NCBI GenBank assembly: GCA_030141605.1
Contig: JAQGDQ010000038.1
Span: forward strand, 1 to 64,000
Direction of reading: 5' to 3'
Origin: Tubiluchus corallicola
Lineage: Eukaryota; Animalia; Priapulida
Length of the DNA: 64,000 nt
Shown: positions 17,640-39,303 of the stretch, one piece after another
Position numbering within the stretch: the stretch's first letter is position 1
How the letters are laid out: every line of letters begins with the position of its first letter
Made by a program: the position numbers and the translations under genes
The notes under the pieces: generated by a model
Seen by the model: only the letters and a program-made list of their open reading frames with translations
Told to the model about the DNA's origin: nothing
The model's database searches: none

Positions 17640-20600
17640 AATTTTATTGACTACACTTCTTTCGAATGCAATACAACAGACATCTAGCTTTTAACAATTA
17701 GAAACTCGTATTACTTTCATCGTTGGTGTATAACCACATACCGTTAATTTTGCTTTACAGAACATCAAATACACATGGTTCCTCTTACCGTATCGTACAA
17801 GTGTAATTCGTTAAATTTTCGGCAACATTTACAAACAGTGAGAGTCTACGCTTTTGTCATTCTCGCGCAAATATTTTCTACGTGACAAAATTTCCAAATT
17901 GGATTTTTATGATAATTTTATAGGTTAAAACATTTCTTACACAGCATTTACTTAAGGCCATGTTAATTAAAACGAACAACGTTTATGCAGCAATTTGTTA
18001 ACGTTCAATTTAGAGAAATATCGTACGGAAAAATGACATACGTGTAAATTTGTATAATGGTGGTAAACTCTAACAAGACTTATCAACACACAACAGCTTT
18101 TATATGATCGCTCTCAGCCGCTAAATGCTGCTAAATGCTGTCGCAAATAGAAGTACATGCAACAGGGTATACATATATATATAAGAATAGCCTTTAATTT
18201 TTTTCAAGCAAACTTTGTAAATTGTACATGAGAGGTATTTGCGCAAGAATGACATTTTATAAATTCAGAAAAAAAATCAACATCGAAACAAGAAAACAGT
18301 AAACAGTAGATGACACAGTAAAACAGCACTACAGGAAAATGTGTAATTTTAACATACATAATATAATTCAGTAACGTCAAATTGACACAAAAGTCAGAAA
18401 CGGGAGTTAAAACGGTTAATTAGTACACTTTTAAGGGTATAAACTATTTCCATAAATTATAATACTTGTCATTATGGCATAGTTGTCTTTCCTTTCAATA
18501 GAGTATCACCAGTATATGAGCAAAGAAACACTACACATTTCGAACAAAGACACGACAGAAATTTGGCCATCAACACCCAACACCTCATTATAATATTACA
18601 AGTCGCAAGTTAAGTTAGGCCAACATGGTGCAACAGTACAACAGAACTGAAACAAAAAAGAATTCCAAATACGGCGTAGTTGATTCACAAAGAAATGGCT
18701 TACTCTGATCTATTTATACTAGTCCATACAGTATTTACTGGAAAAATCTGAAGATTGAAAAATAGAAGGAGCAATGCTAAAAGCATATGGCCGATGACTA
18801 CCCCGCCACTTGCTGGAACATCACCAAATAAACTTCTGATAGAACCAACTCAATGTGAAGAGAAATGGAAAGAAAATTTCGAATCACGGGCCCTTATAGA
18901 TAAGAAGACCCACATTTATAATGTCACGCTTACTAATTATGCTGCGCGCAAAATGAATTCAAATTTAAAATTTTGCTTTTGACTGGAAGAATTATCTTTG
19001 TAAGCCTTTCTCAGTAGGATACAGTTGTCTTATAAGAGGCCACTAGAACACAAATTTCTCAACTTTGTTTAGCAACAACGAGTTTGGTACCAAAACAAGT
19101 GTTCAAAAACGACAAAAACCAAATCAAGGTCAATACTGCTGCAGCACAATATTCACAAACTGTAATACTGCAATTTGAGAATTTGTACAATAATTTGCAA
19201 ACTAGTAAGAATAGTAAGTGTAAGAAATACAACCACGTAGAAAATCATCTGAGTAACAAGACGATTAAAACAAAAGCTTATACATGCAAGTCACAAATCA
19301 CGATGATATAGTTTAAAAAACCAGAAGTGCATTACAAGAATTGTAATGCCAGACTAACATTGAAGTAAGCAAATACAATGAACGACACTTATATCAATAA
19401 AAATGCAAGTCTCACAGACAAAGAAGTAACTTGATAGTTGACAAACATAATGGCAAATGCAAATTAATATAGAAAAATGCAGTGGATAAATAAAAAAGCC
19501 AAATTCTGTTGTTTTTGCTGCTTATAATTCTGTTGCTTTGATAATTCTGTAAAACACAACTGCTAAGATACTGTAATTCACATGCATGGTTTCTGTCAAC
19601 ACGTGCAAAAACCCGATGCTACCAAAATAACCAACAAAATACTAGTAGTAGTATGCTTCATTTGTATCTGGGTCAGAAGTAGAAATTGACGCTGATGCGT
19701 AGACGTGATGACCCATACTACTACGTAGTTATTGTAGGAAATATGCAAAAGTCATTAACCCCACATACATACACAAAGGATCTTACATGCAATTTTACAC
19801 ACAGAGGAAAATGGGAAACCATTTCTAGTAAATTTTAACTTTAAAATGCCAAAAAACGTTTATTTATCCAGTATTTAGACAGGTAACGAAATTCTACTTT
19901 TTTACTAAATATGATGCTATGTTTAGACAGAGAAATGCCGGGAAGTGACAAGTAAGAACTGCTTTTATTACTATCACATTTGACTTAGAAAACTGGCCAT
20001 TTTCTCTGATCAGTTTGCTCAATAGATTTCTGCATCGATGTGCTAAAATGAACTCGCATGGCAAGTGAGGTTTATTGACAAGATTTCCTGCGGTAGTTGG
20101 CGCAAAAGGCTTACACAAACAATACTTATTGCATACACAATTGCCTTTGACTTAACCCAATCCTTCAAATGTGCACTGGACAGCATACTTGGCTATAACG
20201 ACAATCCCTAAAAGTTGTGCCACAAATTTAACTTTGTGCATTACTAATTGTTATTCAGCGAAGTCGTGATGTCCAGTGCTTACAACAAAAAGACAATAAT
20301 TATTCTCACATAATACGTGCCCTGAAAAACGTTCCCACGTCTCTAAACATTACCCGTATTAATTTCCCTATATTACACATGGAGGCGGGGGAACGTCTTT
20401 ATCAATTTCCACAAGTACAAGAATTTCATATAATTCCTAAATCTACTAATACTCTATAATAGTATACTATATTTTGTTAGAAGAAGGTTGTGCATGATAA
20501 TACATTGAGTAATGTACATACTTTAATCAGAACTAGGCGGAGAATGTAAACCTACAAGTAGGCTACAAAATACTCATGAGACACTTCACATTCCTTCAGC

Positions 20601-23060
20601 AAATTAAATGAAACCTTTCTTTGTATTAAAAATGTTCATGAACAGCAGATATTGTGAAACGTTCACAATAACCGAAAAAAATGTGCTTAACAGTGTGATG
20701 TGTCCATTAATTAATCAGTTATTAGCTGACTAATTAATGTCTGCTACAATTATGCATGTTATGACAGTAAAATGATAACAGCCAAGGACTTTGGTAAGCA
20801 AAGAGGCCAGCAAGTGGAATAAAAATAAGGAGATACGTCACCCCTGAGTAGTAGTATACAATACATTTACAACACTGACGCCTCCTTTTGTTGAGCTATT
20901 TGATTAAGTGTATGCACCAGCATACACAGACTTGACTTGACTTGAAAATATAACTACACAAAGTTTTATGCCTTCATGGTAGAAGTTCACATAAAAATAG
21001 AAACTAAAATTAAACTCTTCACCGGTCCGACAATAAACCGGGAAAATATCAGTTTAAAAAGAATGGCACTAAAAGCTAATAAGTTTAACTCTACTTTGGC
21101 AAATTGGAAATGTTTGGCCAAAGATGTTCAGTAATACCAACCAGCACAGTTTTATATACACAGTTGTATAAGCATATTAATTATGAAAGCTCTACTTTTC
21201 AACGTTTGATTTTACATCTAGAGCCACTAGGTAGCACAGCCCAAGTCTCTATCAAGAACATGGTTTAGTTATACTTAATTAATGTACTCAGAATGGTTAT
21301 CTAGGTATAGATATCAACTCATTTCCCAGCATTGTACAATATGCAACACCATCGCATGGAGAAAACAAAAAACCGGTGTAACAACACAAAATGTACTATC
21401 TACAAAATATAATAAATCACCACTTTTAAATGTGAACCAAAAATACATTGCAATGCAAAAAAATCAACTACACATGGCTTCATTGGTCAGGTAGCATCAC
21501 CAACAATGAAAACAACAAAAATACACATCACTGGGAGAATAAAATACAAAAAATATGACTTCATATGAAAAATTTCTAGTTCACTATATAACAGCATTAA
21601 CTAAACAGCATTAACAAATGTTTGGTGTTATTTTGCAGTTCAATCATTTTTATAATAATGTAATCCGTAGTTAGAAATTAACAAAACAAAAAATGCTAAA
21701 ATTTCTGGTTGACATACGAAAAAATAATGCACATTAAACAGAGTTTTAAAGTTAGGTTTCACTATTATTTTCGTAATATTATGTTGTATTTTATTAAGCC
21801 ACCGAGTTCACAATTTCCTGACGTATGAAACAGTAACCTTTTAAGAACACAAAAATAACCTAGTAAAGTAAATGACAAAAACTAATTTAAAAAACTAATG
21901 CAAAGACAAAAAACTCCTGTCAAAAATTTATGGATATTTAAACCTGAGAGAAAAGAGGTAGAAAAACACAAATATAAATGGAATGTCAGTTAACTAAAAA
22001 AACATCAACAAGTAAAACATAAAAATAACACAATTGATAACAAAACAGTATAATAACAAAATGAAGGTGGTGCCATTCCTGACCAGATCAGTCCCATGGT
22101 AGTTATGCGTAGGTAGATTAGGTTGTACATAGTTACCACCAGGCGTCACTGCAAGACGCAAGAGTTGCCTGGCAGTGGGAGGTAGCATTAGCAGGATGTG
22201 CCACGTTTCTCCAATAAATATTATGTACAATGTAGCACATCCAAAAGCAAACAAAACATAATGATAAAATAAAAATAACTTCTCTATGATGGTCGTCATG
22301 ACGACATAATAATATTTACAGTGAAATACCCGTTATTATTATCTTTCTAAACGCCATGTTAGGCACTCACTGTACTAACATCAGTGCTAACAATTGAAGC
22401 TGAACATATGAGCATCAAAATAAATTACTGTCAGAATTGTGAAAATCGTCAATCTCTATCCCCTTTTGGTTACTAAGGAGATAGCGACCATGGTAACAAC
22501 AATAAATAACTTAAGCACCCTGAGAAGGAGTTACCATGACAACTAAATCAAAAGGAACCAAAAGTGCACTTAAGCCTAAATAAGACCGGATATATATTCA
22601 CCGGAAGAGCTCATCCAGTTTATATAAACCACCGAGAAGAACATTATGGGTAAAATAGTCACCGGTTCAACATACAAAAAAAGAGCAAACCTACTCTATG
22701 GAAACTACTTCTTGTCATAGTATTCTCTAAATACAAAAGAGTAAACATAACAAATTAACAAAAAGACAGAGGACATACAAAAAAAACTAAAAGTATACGA
22801 AAACTCCAAGAAATTTGGCTAAGTACTGTCACCGGAGTTTCAGATTTCCACAATTCTGACTCATAGAAATGAAGTTTCGTTACAATGGTTTAACCAAGTT
22901 TCACAGTAGTAGAAGGAACATTAGTGAGTATATGGTATATATATATATAATTATATTGGCCAATGACTACACAGTCAGTAATACAATACAGTACAATAAG
23001 TGACACCCTGAGTTAAAATCTAGTCCTGTTTCACCTCAAGCAACTTGGCAACACTTTATG
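17640..23060 (-). other. Putative long (up to about 5.4 kb) 3' UTR of the Kr-like gene
   Basis: Follows the stop codon; A/C-rich on +, i.e. U/G-rich on the sense strand; no recognisable TE; candidate AATAAA (TTTATT on +) near 17643. The end point is uncertain. Confidence 0.45.
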
Positions 23061-33504
<10,444 letters not shown>

Positions 33505-34019
33505 CCCAGCGTTGGTTTAGCTCTGAGAGCATAGGCTGGTCCCGCACAAACATCTGCAAATAAAACAATACATATAGATGACTATATTCACAGCTGCATA
33601 AATAGGTCATTAGAAAGGGTGCTTTAGGCCTATAGAAGGCAGTGCCTTAGGCCTTCTGTAAGTGTTTCTGTTTTTGAGCTTAACCAGCTCTGACAGATGT
33701 GTTAACACGGCTTCGCCCACTATGAATTACAGCCTACATATCATTGGTTCTCTTATACAGAACAAGCTAATCTCGGGCAAGTAAAAATTCATCATGCTGA
33801 TCATCAACACATACAAGCTGGTCAGAGCAGGGCGAAGTTTTCTTGGGCTATTTTAGCCCAGCTCATAACTCTCCATTGCTAGGAACGTTGAACCCTTCGC
33901 GGCTATTGAAGGCCAAATAAACGACCAAGCATGAGTTGATAGTTGCCTCCATGCATGCCTATACGTCCTTGTAATTACCACCACACTAAAGTTTATTGGT
34001 TCCAAGTTTCTTATTGGTA

Positions 34020-34213
34020 CAGGATGTTCCAGAAAAAGAATGCCGTAGAAACATGCTGATATGCTTATACTGGAATGTACAAAAGCAAGTTCTATGATAA
34101 CAAAATTGAAATTATACAAAAATAATTGTAATTTTACATAATTATGATGCCATAATGCAGTGCATTTCAGTACACACATATTTCTACTGCACTGCTTCTT
34201 TTGAAACACCCTG
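34020..34213. mobile_element. Tc1/mariner-like MITE with TA target-site duplication
   Basis: TA-CAGGATGTTCCAGAAAAAG ... CTTTTGAAACACCCTG-TA. Confidence 0.7.
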
Positions 34214-36753
34214 TACTTAAAACGATAATGCCGCCCTTGATTTTGCAGTGCCGCTGCAGACAATATAGCTTTCTATAACAAATCTCCCTTTTTAATAATA
34301 ACTAATATACACTGGTACATGTTATAAACGAAAAACTAAGAAAACTGAAAGGTGCAAATATATTACATAAAAAAGGGTTAAGTTCTGCTCTAAGAAAAGA
34401 AATTTTCAACGATCTGATAAATATGCAAAAACGAAGTGGACACAGAAAAAGAAGCCGACCCGTGATGCCCCCAGAATCTGCAGTGCAGAAAGTTTTAAAC
34501 GCGGCTTGGCTAATCTTAGCCCTGCAAGCTGCATTCTGTTAAAACAAGCGCGAGGCACACTTGGGTAAATATGTTCATTACTGGGACAGCGTGTAGCTTG
34601 ATAGGGGTAAACCAGAAGAAGGCGTTATCATGGTTCACGCGAAGCGAGAAACCGCACCTTTCTTTGCAGAGATGCTCACACCATTCGCAACGTGATTTAC
34701 TGCAATCAATTTATTCAGTAAATTATTAAAAACAGTTTCCATTTAGTAATTTTACCTATTAAACTGTCTAAGTATAACAGTAAAAAATTAGATTGTAAGT
34801 TATGTATTTACGTTTCATCTAAGTAACCAATCTCCATGTTTCGTTGCTTGTCGCGCAGTAATTTCTGACTTTTTGTTTTAAAATGAGTGATTTGGCTCTG
34901 TGCGGTTGCATTAAATATTGCATAGTCGATATATTGCTACGTTCGACGTTCAATATAGTTTTAGGCTAATTTATGTAAATTTTGCAGTACGAACGCAAAA
35001 CAAACAAAAGTGCGTGAAGAATAAAGTCAGCCATTCAGCATAAAAGCTATAGTTGCTACTACAACGTGTTACTGAATTTAAACATGGCGTAACAGTAAGC
35101 GGATATTAGCATTAAACCAAATAGTCTTGTCCAGTTGTCCTTAACACGTTGTTTTTTAATATTAAACATTTGTTAAAGTATAATTAATTAGGACATAATA
35201 CATATAACGATTACACTCAGAACTTGCTTAATTTTAACTGCAGGTTGAATAGTGACAGCGACCCATTACTAATGGCATTAGGCTCTTCCTTGTTCAACTA
35301 AAAGCGATCACAAGTTTACGAAAAGTTTACGAAATTGTAAGAGTCACAGTTTCTAACTACAATTATTCAATTTATTCATCCACATTATAAAGATAGAAAG
35401 AAATGTAACACCGGACATGCGAAGCGAAAATTGAAAAGAAGTGAGATTTATAGGAGTATAAGACATTATAAACAAAATTAATCTTAATGAAATTTACCAC
35501 AAAAGTAGAATGCAATTAAGAAAAAGAGCAGAGTTTTCTACATAAATTATGCTGAAACTTATAATTGCTTTTGTTATTTATTTAATTTTCTGTTTGTAGA
35601 AAATAGCTTAGCACAATAATTACATAAGGTTTTTTAATTTTAGCAGTGAATGATGGACTGTAGGTATAATAAATAATTTATTCTTTATTGCTTGTAAGTC
35701 CATTTTAGCATATTCAGGTATCAAAAATACTTAACGAATATTAAGAAATTTTAGTTACATAGATATAATGATAAAAAAGCAATATGGCAGAAGATATATG
35801 TTGGTGATAGGGCTTGGCAATATGCTACAATGCTTTGGTGAAATAAATCTCAACCAATCACTGAGTTCTAATCAAAAATTCAAAAGTTAAAATATTACTG
35901 ATATTGTCCGGGGTTAACAACTGCTTTCTATTATGCTTATCAAAGAATAATATTATATCGCTGGAAAATTTTTAAAAAATACGTATTATACCATGCATTA
36001 TAATTCACATAACTCGTATAATTCATATATTCACGTGTTTATTCATGTAACACACATACACAAGGTGAATATTTTTAAGCATTTACCCATTGGCAATATA
36101 TCTAATGTGACAGCTGTAGTAACCCAATTCAACACTAACGAAAAGGGAATGCATGAGCCACCTGAATGAGACCTGATAATACTTATATGATAAGAGTTAA
36201 GCGCTTGTTTACCTGTTCAGGGAAAGCAAATAAGAAACAGGAACAAGTAAATAAACCATTGTGAATAAACTCTGAATACTCAATGCTTTCAGGGTAATCG
36301 GCAAAGTTATTTATTGCAAATTACAAAGAAATGTTAATTTTTCTTCCATCAAAATACAACTCGCTCTCATTCAACTTAATTCTCGATATAAAATTCACTT
36401 TGCAAAACTAGTTTAAGCTACAGCCAAATAAATTGTTCCAGTTGTTCGTAGTGGCCAATGTGCACAAGCACCAACTTGCTTCTCTGATTTGATTGCCTTC
36501 TCTAAACTTCAAAATAATCACTTTTTATTTGACATCGCACTAGTTTGTTCCAGGCACAAAAACTATACTTTAACACCCTATTCGTCACGTGTATTTGACA
36601 AGGACTCCATGTCCCGTGAATATGTTCTGCAATACCCCACGTTTACACATAAAAATTACTCCCAATTTGTATTTTTTCCTCCAACATACCAATATTCTAG
36701 AGCACCCGTGCCAAACGATATGCAAGAAATCACCCAGGTTTTAGCTCCACAGT

Positions 36754-36768
36754 GGGTCAAGCTGACCT
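36754..36768. promoter_or_regulatory. Consensus ERE-type IR3 palindrome GGGTCA-agc-TGACCT
   Basis: Matches RGGTCAnnnTGACCY; function inferred only. Confidence 0.5.
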
Positions 36769-37869
36769 CTAAGATGACCGATATATTTCTTCAAAACACA
36801 TTTGATGGACACAACCAGCAAAGAAAGAATATCATTAAATCCAGCAGCAGTTCAGCGTTATACTGTCCCCTCACTGGACCTACAGTATGTTGATTCATGC
36901 AAATTGGTTATTTTTACAAGCGGCCGATAAAATTCGTTGAGAGAAGAACTGACAGTGACGGAAGGCCCCGCAGCCATCTTTCAACTCCAGTTTTTCTGGT
37001 TTTTTACTTGAACTTTTTCTCGTCAATTTGTCAACATTCTCACCACCTTACCTGACCGCGTTTATTATACTGTTCCACTTTCTATGTTAGCCTAAACTTA
37101 AGTAATAAGAAATAAGTCTAAACTAAGGACGTGTTGTATACGCGAAACCAACAAGCACTTTTGAAAGCGGCATTTTACATTACACAAGACATATGACATT
37201 ACATATGACACAAGACACTGTTAGCTCTTACCTGAAACTTGAAAGCAACAACACAAAGTCTGGAAGTTTCTAGTACATTTTTAAACGCAAAGTCTATAAT
37301 AATTAAGATTATAAAACATATATTAACACACTAGTTCGTTTTTATTATGAACTAGGTTCGTACGAAAATTTTAGTACTATTTACACTAGATTAATTTTTT
37401 TGGAGTATAACCAACTTATATATACTGCGTATGTATAAGACACGCCGTAATAAATAAATATTAATTGTTTATTTTAAAGCATACGCCTAAATGTAAAAAG
37501 TACATTGTAAAAAATACAAAATTAAAAGTTTCGCACCACTAAACTTATTGCAAAATAGCAAGTTAACTAACAAGCTTAGTTATATATAATAATGTAACTA
37601 ATACATTATATATATTGCAATATATATATTGCATTATATATAAATATGAACATATATAAAATATTGCAATTAAAAAATCCTAGAACTAATTAAATTGACC
37701 ACTCTGATGCGTTGATTGTAAATTATATAATACAAATGAAAAATTCAATTTAACACTTGCGTACACATGACAATACTGTTCAAGGTTACCAAAAAAATGC
37801 ATAAAAACAGAATTTCCTGCAATTGAACTACTGATTTATGTAAGGAACTTGATTCTGCAGAACATACGA

Positions 37870-38370
37870 AAAAACAAATAAATGCGACAATCAGGTAATT
37901 CGAATCATACTGCAAAGACAGACTCTTGGGTCATACGTTACACAATTCCCAGAAAAAATAAAGAAATCAGCCGAAACAAGACACCAATAACTTATTCGCT
38001 ATTTTCATTTGCACTTGCGTTCCAGTTTAAAGTAAAATGTAAACAAGTTTGACTATTGCTATCCTGTCAATACATTTTCGTCGATTGTAATTCGGCACTG
38101 TCAAAAAATTTAACCAAATTAATGCGACAATAGAATTAGAATGAAGCGCTGAAGACTGATTCTTACAGTCACACTTGACTTTTCTTATACGTATTTCACA
38201 AAAAATAAAAAGAAATCAACCAAACCAAGGTGCAACAGACTTTTTAAATTTTACAATCTTCATTCACACCGGCGTGTCCAGTTCATAGTTTGTAAGTAAA
38301 ATGTAAATATATCTGACCTTTCAGCTACCTCTGCCAGCGTGTTCTATTCGAGGCCAACTCGACACTGCTG
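37870..38370. repeat. Old diverged tandem duplication (period about 245 bp)
   Basis: Paired blocks AATGCGACAAT, AAAAATAAAAGAAATCA.C.AA.CAAG, TTCATT..CAC..GCGT, and AAGTAAAATGTAAA.A...TGAC occur twice in the same order. Confidence 0.65.
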
Positions 38371-38791
38371 CTGTATACTCTCTCACTCCTCGCTTGCTCT
38401 TTGCCAAAAATGATGCAGATTTTGTAGCACGCGCTTCGACCACACCAGTTGGTCATGTGTTAAAACAGCGGGCTTGGTAGCGAGGTCCAAGGTCGATTAC
38501 TCCAGCGGCCATTTTAGGAGTGGTCAGCTAGTTTTTTATTTGCAGAGTTAAGCCGAGCGAGGGGGTGAAAGTGATACGCTCGTCATATGAATCACTGAAG
38601 AGCTTAGCAACTAAACTCTTTCCAGAACTCTCATCTCTTAAGAGAGGGTAGAATTCGGTAGGGGGTTGAAATTACAGAAAGGTTGGTGGGGGCATTCGCA
38701 CAAAAAACGACAGCATAAAATAAGCAGCGTCTGCGTCTGTAAGTGTGGAGGAATTATGTGTATCTATTTTTAGTAAAAGTAACACTTCTAG

Positions 38792-39303
38792 TTAAAAAAC
38801 GTGACGATTTTTTTCAATATTTTTTATTAAGAGGTCTCGGTGCGTGCCTAGAATTTAGCAACCATATTGGGCCTGGCTAGTAAATGAGTGGGTGACCACT
38901 ACGAAAATCGCTTCTAGGTGTTTCGTTTGCCACACCTGTTCCCACTATATTTTTCTATATATAACTTAGCAACTGTAGTTAAGCAACACTAAGCCCAGTT
39001 CGTTATTTAATGGGTTGCTGTCATTAATATCGGTTTTTGTCACGCTGTCTCGGCTATTTCTCTCGTTTGGAAAGGATGTATAATATACAACCGAAAGTGG
39101 CTATGACACCCCTGTCGTTGTAGCTGTGCTGATAAATATAGAAAAATATAGCGTGAGCCAGGGTGGCGAATGAAACAACTAGAAGCGAGTTTCCTAGTTG
39201 TCACCCACTCAAATACTAACCCGGCCCAATGTGGTTGCTAAATTCTAGGTACGCACCGAGAGCACTTAGTAAAAAATACTGAAAAAATCATTACGTTTTT
39301 TAA
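38792..39303. mobile_element. Foldback element (arms about 170 bp) containing 5S-rRNA-like segments
   Basis: 38792-38962 is the imperfect inverted complement of 39133-39303. GGGCCTGGCTAGTAAATGAGTGGGTGACC resembles the 5S internal control region. Confidence 0.85.

Noticed and set aside
38850-39030. Functional 5S rRNA gene
   Set aside because: Only the internal 30-60 nt resemble 5S; the 5' and 3' helices are missing.
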